A DNA stretch of 60,630 nt from assembly GCA_027729925.1 (NCBI GenBank), contig JAQCEB010000004.1:1-60630 (forward strand), given 5' to 3'. Shown here piece after piece: positions 9,670 through 17,832 of the stretch. Every line of letters begins with the position of its first letter. The stretch's first letter is position 1. A program made the translations under genes and the position numbers. The notes under the pieces are model-generated. The model ran no database searches and was not told the DNA's origin. It saw only the letters and a program-made list of their open reading frames with translations. This stretch comes from Actinomycetota bacterium. Lineage in GTDB: Bacteria; Actinomycetota; Acidimicrobiia; Actinomarinales; Actinomarinaceae.

Positions 9670-10155
9670 TTAATTCTCTAGACCTTCTGGTTCAGGAACT
9701 GTTTTTAACCATTCATCGAGCCTTGCTTTATTATGAAGCATATCACCCATATTAAATTCAGAATACTCATATTCGGGTGACCAAAATAAAGCATCGAATG
9801 GACATACTTCAACACAAATTCCACAGTACATACATAATGCATAATCAATATCAAACCTATCAAGCACTGCACGACTTCTTTGTCTTCCACCGGGAGTGGA
9901 AGGTGGCTGTAATTCTTTGTGACCTTCAATGTAGATACACCAATCAGGACATTGTCTAGCGCATAGCATACAACTAGTGCATGCTTCTTGATCTAATGCA
10001 ATCACTCCTCTAGCTCTTGGGGCTACTTTTTCCTTTTCGAATGGATAATTGACATTTGGATTTGAATGAAATGGTGATAATGTTTTAAACATATTTACTA
10101 TCACAATTTTCATGCCAATTATAAAGCCAGGAATTTTTGGTCTAAAGGTTTTCAT
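9670..10155 (-). CDS. nuoI: NADH-quinone oxidoreductase subunit I (11-subunit cluster)
   Basis: Two CxxCxxCxxxCP motifs. Start moved to ATG 10155, which overlaps the nuoH TAA. Confidence 0.93.
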   Translation of the reverse strand: MKTFRPKIPGFIIGMKIVIVNMFKTLSPFHSNPNVNYPFEKEKVAPRARGVIALDQEACTSCMLCARQCPDWCIYIEGHKELQPPSTPGGRQRSRAVLDRFDIDYALCMYCGICVEVCPFDALFWSPEYEYSEFNMGDMLHNKARLDEWLKTVPEPEGLEN

Positions 10156-11126
10156 TACAACACCACTTTCAATACTGCAGTTATTAGTATATTTAATAAT
10201 GAAGCAGGTATTAAGAATTTCCAAGCAAGGTTTTGCAATTGATCTTCCCTAAATCTAGGAAACGACCACCTAACAGCAACCAATATAAACCCTAATATTA
10301 GAGTTTTTGTAATTAGTGATATTGGTCCGTATATATTGACCCACTCAGTTGGAATGAAAGGTAAGTGATATCCTCCAAGAAACAAAGTAGAAGCTACTGC
10401 ACATAAAACAAACATGCTCATGTATTCTGAAATGTAAAATATTAAAAATCTTATACCTGAATATTCAGTCATAAAACCCATTGTTAGTTCAGATTCACCA
10501 ATTGGCATATCAAATGGAACTCTCATCATTTCTGCTGTAGCTGCAATCATAAAAATTAGAAAAGCAACTATTTGCCCACTAAATGCAAAAGGTACTCCCC
10601 ATTCAATTTGTTTTTCAACAATTCCAACTAGAGACATTGTTTCAGCTTGAATAACGACTCCAACAACAGCCAAAATTAAAGGGAGCTCGTATGCAATTAA
10701 TTGGCCAGCAGCCCTTAACCCTCCCATGAGAGAGTATTTGTTAGCGGATGACCAGCCAGCTGTTAAAACTCCAATAGTTGAGAGTGAGCTAATTGCTAAT
10801 GCAAAAAATACTCCAAGTTCTAAATCAACAACAACCAAAGTTGGGCTTAATGGGACAACGGCAAAAAGAGAAACTGCTGAAACAACTACATACGCTGGTG
10901 CCCATTTAAATACTGGCCTATCGACATCAGTTGGAATAATGTCTTCTTTCTGAACAAATTTAAGAATTTCAGCTAAAGGAAATATAAATCCCCTTAAACC
11001 TACATGTAAAGGACCTGGACGCCTTTGCATCCATGAAGCTCCCTTAACATCCATTATGGTAAAAATTACTGCACCATTTAATGCAGCTAAAGCAACAAAT
11101 CCTACTTTGATTAATACATCTGTCAT
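10155..11126 (-). CDS. nuoH: NADH-quinone oxidoreductase subunit H (11-subunit cluster, divergent motifs)
   Basis: [41 protein letters not shown]. Confidence 0.93.
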   Translation of the reverse strand: MTDVLIKVGFVALAALNGAVIFTIMDVKGASWMQRRPGPLHVGLRGFIFPLAEILKFVQKEDIIPTDVDRPVFKWAPAYVVVSAVSLFAVVPLSPTLVVVDLELGVFFALAISSLSTIGVLTAGWSSANKYSLMGGLRAAGQLIAYELPLILAVVGVVIQAETMSLVGIVEKQIEWGVPFAFSGQIVAFLIFMIAATAEMMRVPFDMPIGESELTMGFMTEYSGIRFLIFYISEYMSMFVLCAVASTLFLGGYHLPFIPTEWVNIYGPISLITKTLILGFILVAVRWSFPRFREDQLQNLAWKFLIPASLLNILITAVLKVVL

Positions 11127-12316
11127 CTATCAACATCTCCTAATACAAAGTCAAGACTACCCATTATTGCAATCAAATCTGGTAAAAGTGCTCCTTCCAG
11201 CATTACTGGAAGAATTGAAACATTGCTAAAAGAAGCTGTTCTAACTTTTAATCTATAAGGTCCTAATCCCCCTTCGGATACAATGTAATAACCCATCTCA
11301 CCTTTTGGATTTTCTGCTCTTACATAAGTTCTTCCTGCAGGAACTTTTATAACTTTTGGAACTTTTGCCTGTAAAGGACCTGAGGGCATATCATCTATTG
11401 CTTGTAAAACAATTTTTGCTGACTCAACCATTTCTCTAGTTCTTACATCCCAACGATCATAGCAATCACCGTTTTGCCCAATTGGTATTTCAAATTCAAA
11501 TTTTTCATAAGGTAGATAGTCAGTTTGAGTTCTTAGATCTGATTTTACCCCTGAAGCTCTAAGAATTGGACCCGATACACCATATGCTTCTGCTGTTTCT
11601 TTTGAAAGAACGCCTACATTCTTAGTTCTCTTATGAAAAACTTCATTTCCTCCAATTAAATTTTGAAATTTATCAGCTGCTTCTATTACTTTTTCCATAG
11701 CTAACTTAGTATCTCTATAAAAACCAACTGGTAAATCTTGGATATTCTTTTTTGTTGTTGGACCAGAACCAGCAGCAGGTTTAACGCCACCAATTCTATT
11801 GAAGTTTGGATGGAATCTCCCTCCAGTTACAGACTCAATAAGATCTAAGACTCTTTCTCTATCTTCCATTGCATAAAAAATTGGAGTTAATGCGCCAACT
11901 TCTAGCGCGTAAGCACCATTGAATACAAAGTGGGAACAAATCCTTGCCATTTCAGTAAGAATTAATCTAATTTGCTTTGCTCTTTCTGGTGCTTCAATCT
12001 CCATCAGTCTTTCTGTGCCGGCTATAAATGGAATCTCATTAGAAAATCCTGCAACCCAATCAATCCTATTAACTAATGTTGTTATTTGAGGATAAGTTCT
12101 TACTTCGGCAAGCTTTTCATACCCTCTATGCATATACCCCAATACAGGCTCTACGTTGTATACTTTTTCTCCGTCAACTTTTGCAACTAATCTGAGAACT
12201 CCATGAGTAGATGGATGCTGCGGACCAATATTTAAAGTCATATCCTCAGTTTCAATTTCAACTGATACAGAGGCTTCAGAAATACTTTGAAAATTACGAG
12301 GATCTATTGTGTTCAA
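11123..12316 (-). CDS. nuoD: NADH-quinone oxidoreductase subunit D (11-subunit cluster)
   Basis: NIGPQHPSTHGVLRL, GYMHRGYEK, C-terminal GDVDR. No hydrogenase CxxC Ni ligands. Confidence 0.95.
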   Translation of the reverse strand: MNTIDPRNFQSISEASVSVEIETEDMTLNIGPQHPSTHGVLRLVAKVDGEKVYNVEPVLGYMHRGYEKLAEVRTYPQITTLVNRIDWVAGFSNEIPFIAGTERLMEIEAPERAKQIRLILTEMARICSHFVFNGAYALEVGALTPIFYAMEDRERVLDLIESVTGGRFHPNFNRIGGVKPAAGSGPTTKKNIQDLPVGFYRDTKLAMEKVIEAADKFQNLIGGNEVFHKRTKNVGVLSKETAEAYGVSGPILRASGVKSDLRTQTDYLPYEKFEFEIPIGQNGDCYDRWDVRTREMVESAKIVLQAIDDMPSGPLQAKVPKVIKVPAGRTYVRAENPKGEMGYYIVSEGGLGPYRLKVRTASFSNVSILPVMLEGALLPDLIAIMGSLDFVLGDVDR

Positions 12317-12318
12317 AA

Positions 12319-12855
12319 TTAAGAATTCTCCTCATCAAAACCTTCAGGCATGCCTTCTACGTCTACATCTCCAGGCCAAGGTTTAACTTCACGACTTATT
12401 AATTCAAATGATTTAAGCATTGGATTACCTTCGTATCCATCTGGAAGATACAATTTTGTTAGATTAGGATGGCCTTCAAAAGTAATACCAAACATTTCAT
12501 AAGCTTCTCTTTCATGCCAATTAGCTCCAACAAATACATTAACTAGAGTTGAAATTGATGGATTTAGTTTAGAGATAAATGTTGAAATTGTAACTAGATT
12601 TGAACTATTAACACTAGAAAGGCAACTCATGATTTCAAATGAGGGATTAACAACTTCTTTAGGTTTATCTCCCACAGAAACTTCATTATCCCAATCTATT
12701 GCTGAAAGCCATGAGAAAAATTTAAGATCAAATTTATCACGAAGAATTTCATGTGTAGATATCCAATTTTCAACATTTACTTTTATTAAAATAGTCTCAA
12801 ACTCATATGAGACATCATTGAAATCTTCTTTAAGTTGATTTAAAAAATCTTCCAT
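12319..12855 (-). CDS. nuoC: NADH-quinone oxidoreductase subunit C (11-subunit cluster)
   Basis: ANWHEREAYEMFGITFEGHP. Start set at ATG 12855. Confidence 0.92.
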   Translation of the reverse strand: MEDFLNQLKEDFNDVSYEFETILIKVNVENWISTHEILRDKFDLKFFSWLSAIDWDNEVSVGDKPKEVVNPSFEIMSCLSSVNSSNLVTISTFISKLNPSISTLVNVFVGANWHEREAYEMFGITFEGHPNLTKLYLPDGYEGNPMLKSFELISREVKPWPGDVDVEGMPEGFDEENS

Positions 12856-12856
12856 G

Positions 12857-13354
12857 TTATAAAGGTTCAACTTGCTTTTCGACCCACTTAGATTTCATAT
12901 CTTCTCCTTTGATTTTTTTCTGAAGAAGTATGATACCTTCCTGTAATGCCTCAGGTCTTGGAGGGCAACCAGGAACATAAACATCTACTGGAATAAGTTG
13001 ATCTACTCCTTTAGTTACCGAATATGAGTCCCAATAAGGACCACCACTATTTGAACAAGAGCCCATTGAAATTACATACTTAGGTTCAGGCATTTGATCA
13101 TATAATCTTTTCACTGAAGGTGCCATCTTGTCAGTAACAGTTCCGGCAACAATCATTAAATCTGCTTGTCTCGGAGAAGCTGGAAGTGGAATAATTCCAA
13201 GTCTCATAAAGTCATGCCTTGGGCCGCTAACAGCCATTACTTCTATAGCACAACATGCTAAACCAAATTGAAAATACCATAATGAATATGCTCTAGCCCA
13301 GTTAAATATAGATGAGATAGGCTTTGGTAAACCAAACTTGTCAACTACTCCCAC
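12857..13354 (-). CDS. nuoB: NADH-quinone oxidoreductase subunit B (11-subunit cluster)
   Basis: [26 protein letters not shown] (N2 ligands). Confidence 0.95.
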   Translation of the reverse strand: MGVVDKFGLPKPISSIFNWARAYSLWYFQFGLACCAIEVMAVSGPRHDFMRLGIIPLPASPRQADLMIVAGTVTDKMAPSVKRLYDQMPEPKYVISMGSCSNSGGPYWDSYSVTKGVDQLIPVDVYVPGCPPRPEALQEGIILLQKKIKGEDMKSKWVEKQVEPL

Positions 13355-13710
13355 TTTAAAACATCCTTCCTAATTGCATAAATTAATCCGATAAGCAATA
13401 TAAAGATAAATATAAACATTTCAATTAATCCAAAATATCCGAGTTTTTCAAGATTAATTGCCCAGGGGAAAATGAATACTGCTTCAACATCAAAAATAAC
13501 AAATAATAGTCCAAAAATATAATACCTGACATAAGTTTGACTCCATCCTGAACCAACTGGATCTACTCCACATTCATATGTAGTAAGTTTTTCTGCGTAC
13601 GGTTTATTCGGTCTTAATACGGACGCAAGTCCAACTAAAAGCATCATAAAAAATAATCCGAACGAGAGTACCGCTCCCACAGTTACATAATTCTGAAAAT
13701 AAGAAATCAT
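13345..13710 (-). CDS. nuoA: NADH-quinone oxidoreductase subunit A (11-subunit cluster)
   Basis: [19 protein letters not shown]. Confidence 0.95.
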   Translation of the reverse strand: MISYFQNYVTVGAVLSFGLFFMMLLVGLASVLRPNKPYAEKLTTYECGVDPVGSGWSQTYVRYYIFGLLFVIFDVEAVFIFPWAINLEKLGYFGLIEMFIFIFILLIGLIYAIRKDVLKWE

Positions 13711-13716
13711 ACTTTT

Positions 13717-13722
13717 ACTTTA
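13717..13722 (-). promoter_or_regulatory. Putative -10 hexamer TAAAGT for a leaderless nuoA transcript
   Basis: TANNNT exactly 6 nt upstream of ATG 13710, no SD. Confidence 0.45.
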
Positions 13723-13789
13723 GTCCAGCCTCTAAAAAGTTTAGTTTTTTCTAAAACTTCGGAGAAATTATTTGTAAGATTTTTTATAA

Positions 13790-14878
13790 GTGAAAACACA
13801 AAAATTTTTAATTGAACCAAACCTAGTAGATCTGTCTAAAACAGTAATTAACACTGTTTTGGGAAAGAAATTTTACGAACTTCGATTTAATAACTTGTTA
13901 GACGAAAAAATAAACGATGCTGAATCTATTAATTTTATTTTAGCTGATGGTTTAGGTTTCAAAAACTTACAGGAAACTGACAGTTGGCTAAATTCGAATA
14001 TATCTAAAAGCATTTTTACAACCTTCCCATCCTCTACAAATGTAGCATTAAGTTCACTTACATTGGCTAATAATCCTGGGAAGACTGGGATTATAGGTTA
14101 TTTTATGTTCGATAAAAAATACAATCATTTAATCAATGCTCTTGTATGGAATTCTGAAAATACTAATTTAATTAAAAACGAATTTTATAAAAAGCAAAAA
14201 ACAATTTGGAGCACACTAAACGAATCAAAAATTTTCTATAACATTTTTCAACCAAAAAATTTAGTTGGTACAACATTATCCAATTTCATCTATTTTTCTG
14301 AAAAAGTAACAGGTTATCTAGACAATAAAGAATTAATTGAATTAATGTCAGATTCACTATTTTTAGAAAATAGATTTAATTTTATTTATTATCCAAAAAT
14401 TGATGTAGCAGCTCATTTGTATGGTGTAGGTAGTAAAGAGTGGTCAAGAGAAATATTTGAATTTGAAAAATTGATAAATATTTTAAATACTTCAACAAAT
14501 AAAAAATCTTATACGGTTGTAACATCTGATCACGGTTTGGTAAATATTACTAAAAATAATAAATTTGAAATTCAGTACTCTGAAGATATAAAAATTTATG
14601 GGGATCAAAGATCTGTTTTTATAAATGGAGAAAAAAATAAAATTAATAGAGCATTCAAAAATGTACCCGGAGAATTAATAAATAAAGCAGAGTTGAAAGA
14701 ATATTTTGAAATATCTGAAGATAATTTTATAGAGAGAATATTTCCTGATTTTTGTTTTCTCCTGAAAGATTCATCAATTGTTATTCCAAAACACTTGAAA
14801 GCTCCATTAATTGGGTACCATGGTGGATTGTCTGATTCAGAAATATTAATACCGATTATTGAAATATCCAATTATTAG
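13790..14878 (+). CDS. Alkaline phosphatase superfamily protein (nucleotide pyrophosphatase/phosphodiesterase type)
   Basis: ADGLG, TTFPSSTNVA, DVAAH, TSDHG, GYHGG metal and nucleophile motifs. Confidence 0.85.
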   Translation: MKTQKFLIEPNLVDLSKTVINTVLGKKFYELRFNNLLDEKINDAESINFILADGLGFKNLQETDSWLNSNISKSIFTTFPSSTNVALSSLTLANNPGKTGIIGYFMFDKKYNHLINALVWNSENTNLIKNEFYKKQKTIWSTLNESKIFYNIFQPKNLVGTTLSNFIYFSEKVTGYLDNKELIELMSDSLFLENRFNFIYYPKIDVAAHLYGVGSKEWSREIFEFEKLINILNTSTNKKSYTVVTSDHGLVNITKNNKFEIQYSEDIKIYGDQRSVFINGEKNKINRAFKNVPGELINKAELKEYFEISEDNFIERIFPDFCFLLKDSSIVIPKHLKAPLIGYHGGLSDSEILIPIIEISNY

Positions 14879-14903
14879 TTCCTTGGATATGCAAAAATTG
14901 AGT

Positions 14904-15695
14904 ATGAAAAAATTATCACTAGGTATATTTATTATTTTCCTAATAAGTTGTAGTAATGCAAATGAAAATTCAGTCCAGTATGAAGAACCATTTTTTGGCG
15001 GTGCAACTGCTGATATGGTACAAGAATCAAAAGCTATAAGTTCAGAATACAATCTTTCGCAGGGTGATTATATTATAAAAACAGGTTATGCAAGTACGGA
15101 TGTATCTACTAATAAATTTCAATCAGTAATAAACGACGTTGAAGGTTTAGTTAAGTTTTATGATGGTTACATTTCCAATACTTATTTATCAACAAATTAT
15201 CAAGGACTAAAAAGCTACAGTATAACAAGCAACATCCCATCAGATAATTTTGATAATTTTATAAATGATATTGAAAGTATTTCTGAATTTACAAATATTA
15301 ATTTAAATGCTAATGATGTCACTACATACGTATTAGATATTGATTCAAGATTAAATTCTCTTTATGAAGAAAAATATGCTTTAGAAAGTATTCGAGAAGA
15401 AGCAACAACAACTGCTGATAAGCTTCAGGTTCAATCACAATTACGATATATCAATCAAGATATAGAGATGTTGGAGGCTCAAAAGGAATATTACGAGAAA
15501 GCAACATCTTACTCCAGTCTGTCATTAGAAATAAGAGAAGGTTCTGGAGTTTCTTTATTTTCTTGGAATTATTATGTACAGAGAGCACTTTCATGGGTTG
15601 AAGAAATAATTGGAATTACAGTTTCGGTCTCAATCATATTAATTCCATTATTAACTCTATTCATAATTTTCAAGAAAATTAGATCAAAAAAATAG
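14904..15695 (+). CDS. DUF4349-like lipoprotein with C-terminal membrane helix
   Basis: MKKLSLGIFIIFLISC lipobox, IIKTG, DVTTYVLDIDSRL, coiled coil, YSSLSLEI, C-terminal TM plus KKIRSKK. Confidence 0.7.
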   Translation: MKKLSLGIFIIFLISCSNANENSVQYEEPFFGGATADMVQESKAISSEYNLSQGDYIIKTGYASTDVSTNKFQSVINDVEGLVKFYDGYISNTYLSTNYQGLKSYSITSNIPSDNFDNFINDIESISEFTNINLNANDVTTYVLDIDSRLNSLYEEKYALESIREEATTTADKLQVQSQLRYINQDIEMLEAQKEYYEKATSYSSLSLEIREGSGVSLFSWNYYVQRALSWVEEIIGITVSVSIILIPLLTLFIIFKKIRSKK

Positions 15696-15766
15696 TGGCA
15701 CTGTCCTATATAGGGTTAGCTTTAATTATTTTATTAATTATTTTATTTGGCAAAAAAATAAAATAA
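15695..15766 (+). CDS. Putative 23-aa membrane micropeptide MALSYIGLALIILLIILFGKKIK
   Basis: GTG overlaps the upstream TAG (TAGTG). One hydrophobic helix plus basic tail. Fills the gap to 1 nt before the heliorhodopsin stop. Confidence 0.4.
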   Translation: MALSYIGLALIILLIILFGKKIK

Positions 15767-15767
15767 T

Positions 15768-16571
15768 CTAATTAGGTTGGTAGGTCCCGAAAAATACTTG
15801 CCAAGCTAAGCAAGTTTTTGCTAGTAGACTAAGCCAGATATATGCTCTCTCTCCATATAAATAATCACTCCATTTTCCAACTTTTTTATATTGGAGAATC
15901 ATATTTATTGAAAAAGTATTAAAGAATAAAAATATACTAACAAAAATCCATACTACAAACTGTGGTACACCTTGTGGGTTTGAGTCAGTTGCTACACCAT
16001 CTCCAATAAGATTTATAAAAATAAAAATCCAAGGAGCAACTCCAACTAAACAACCCATGATGTAGCTTGTCCAATCTACTTTTTCAGTATATTGATTATG
16101 TACTTCCATCATCCATCCAAACCAACACATTGCAGCATTCATAAAAAATATGCCTGCTAAAGCCCAGATATCATATATTCCTACCAAAAGTGCAATCAAC
16201 ACAATCATCACTGAAGCACTTATTGAATATTCAATCCACCTAACTTTGTTAATACCTTTAGATAAGTCTTCTTTATATTTCGAAAAGAAAGGTCCTGAAA
16301 TTAGATAGTGTGCAACTGCAGAAGCTAATAAAAAAGTTGCAACTGCTGGACCAAAATTTGTAACTTCTCTCCACACTTCAAGTTCTGGTACTAATGCAAA
16401 GCTTGCTGGGTCTGAAGGATTACCTTGGGCTTTAAGCTGTGTCAAAGTTATGGGTACTACAAAATCTGAATTTACTACGGTTCCTAACCAAAACAACGCA
16501 GCACCTTGAATCAGATGGAATGTGCCCATAATTATATTGAATCTTTTTAGTTTTTTTATTTTTTGCTCCAC
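15768..16571 (-). CDS. Heliorhodopsin
   Basis: TFHLIQG and AVAHYL histidines, RWIEYSISAS counterion motif, retinal Lys in LSLLAKT, long loop after helix 1. Confidence 0.93.
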   Translation of the reverse strand: MEQKIKKLKRFNIIMGTFHLIQGAALFWLGTVVNSDFVVPITLTQLKAQGNPSDPASFALVPELEVWREVTNFGPAVATFLLASAVAHYLISGPFFSKYKEDLSKGINKVRWIEYSISASVMIVLIALLVGIYDIWALAGIFFMNAAMCWFGWMMEVHNQYTEKVDWTSYIMGCLVGVAPWIFIFINLIGDGVATDSNPQGVPQFVVWIFVSIFLFFNTFSINMILQYKKVGKWSDYLYGERAYIWLSLLAKTCLAWQVFFGTYQPN

Positions 16572-16623
16572 AAGAATCCTTTTTTTTCCTATTCTTATTT
16601 TAAATTTTATTTACATTAATTAT

Positions 16624-16818
16624 ATGGAAAAAAATCAAATTTACTCTGAAATTGAATCTTTAATGGTTGAACTTGAGGTTTTAATTAAATCATTAGCTAA
16701 TTCAAGAGAGTATATAGCTGAAGAAGACTACCAAAGAGCTCAATTTAAACTTTCCGAAATTGAAATTGAATTACAATCTGTTGCAGGGAGAGTTGCTTTT
16801 ATAAAATCAAATATTTGA
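16624..16818 (+). CDS. Hypothetical 64-aa acidic helical protein
   Basis: ATG 16624 with TACATT 6 nt upstream. Heptad-like amphipathic sequence MEKNQIYSEIESLMVELEVL... Confidence 0.55.
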   Translation: MEKNQIYSEIESLMVELEVLIKSLANSREYIAEEDYQRAQFKLSEIEIELQSVAGRVAFIKSNI

Positions 16819-17832
16819 TTTAAATGTATTAATTTCACTAATTTGAATACTGATCCTATCTCCTAATTCAAATTCATTGTTTGGAGTAGTTCTTGCTTTA
16901 AAAGTTTCACCTTTTGAATTTTTAAAAAAAACTAATTGATCATGTCCATAAAAATTGCATTCTTTTACTACATATTTTCCTTTTTTGTCATGATTTAAAG
17001 AAATACATTCTGGGCGAATGGCTACATCTACTGCACCAGTTAAATTAGTGTCGAAAGTACCAAGTGGTGTTTCTAACTTACCTAAATTTGCAAATCCTTT
17101 TACTAGGTTTGGATCACCAATTGATTCTGCAACAACTTTATTAACAGGATGAAGATATATTTCTTGTGGGGTTGAGCTTTGGATAATTTTCCCACTATCT
17201 AAAATACTAACAAAATCACAAATCGATAAAGCTTCTTCTTGATCGTGAGTTACTAAAATTGTTGTTGTTTTTGTACTTCTTAGTAAGTCAACTATTTCTT
17301 CTCTAATTTCTCTTGCCATTTGGGCGTCTAAACTTGAAAATGGTTCATCAAGAAGTAAAACATCAGGCTTGGGAGCTAATGCACGTGCTATAGCAACCCT
17401 CTGTTGTTCACCACCAGAAAGTTGTGAGGGCTTTTTTGAAACTAAATTTTGTAAATTACAAATATTTATTACTTCATCAAGGCGTCCATCTTTAATCTGA
17501 GATTTATTTAAACCAAATGAAATGTTTTTTTGAACGTTTAAATGAGGGAAAAGTGCAAAGTTTTGAAATACCATACCAATATTCCTTTTTTCTGGTTGGG
17601 TCCACATTTTATCGTCAACTATTTTCTTACCCCTCATTTCAATTGAACCACTATCAGGTTTTTCAAAACCTGCTAACAACCTCAAAACTGTTGTTTTACC
17701 AGAACCTGACTTACCTAATATTCCATAAATAGATCCCTTCCAAACATCAAGATTGAAATCATCTAGGATTTGATCTGAATTGTAAGATTTTTCAATATTT
17801 CTAGCTCTAATTAATAAGTTATCAAATGTCAT
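16807..17832 (-). CDS. fbpC: Fe3+ ABC transporter ATP-binding protein
   Basis: GKSGSGKT, LSGGEQQRVAIARAL, LLLDEPF, TOBE-like tail, downstream of the permease. Confidence 0.8.
   Translation of the reverse strand: MTFDNLLIRARNIEKSYNSDQILDDFNLDVWKGSIYGILGKSGSGKTTVLRLLAGFEKPDSGSIEMRGKKIVDDKMWTQPEKRNIGMVFQNFALFPHLNVQKNISFGLNKSQIKDGRLDEVINICNLQNLVSKKPSQLSGGEQQRVAIARALAPKPDVLLLDEPFSSLDAQMAREIREEIVDLLRSTKTTTILVTHDQEEALSICDFVSILDSGKIIQSSTPQEIYLHPVNKVVAESIGDPNLVKGFANLGKLETPLGTFDTNLTGAVDVAIRPECISLNHDKKGKYVVKECNFYGHDQLVFFKNSKGETFKARTTPNNEFELGDRISIQISEINTFKSNI

Noticed and set aside
11123-13354. 11-subunit cluster as a group-4 NiFe hydrogenase
   Set aside because: The large subunit lacks the N- and C-terminal CxxC nickel motifs, ends in GDVDR, and NuoB has tandem CC.
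13772-13789. Rex-like sequence TTGTAAG-ATTT-TTTATAA near the 11-subunit nuoA promoter
   Set aside because: Four of 14 consensus positions mismatch, including both conserved C residues of the right half. Expected by chance in AT-rich DNA. An EMSA would settle it.
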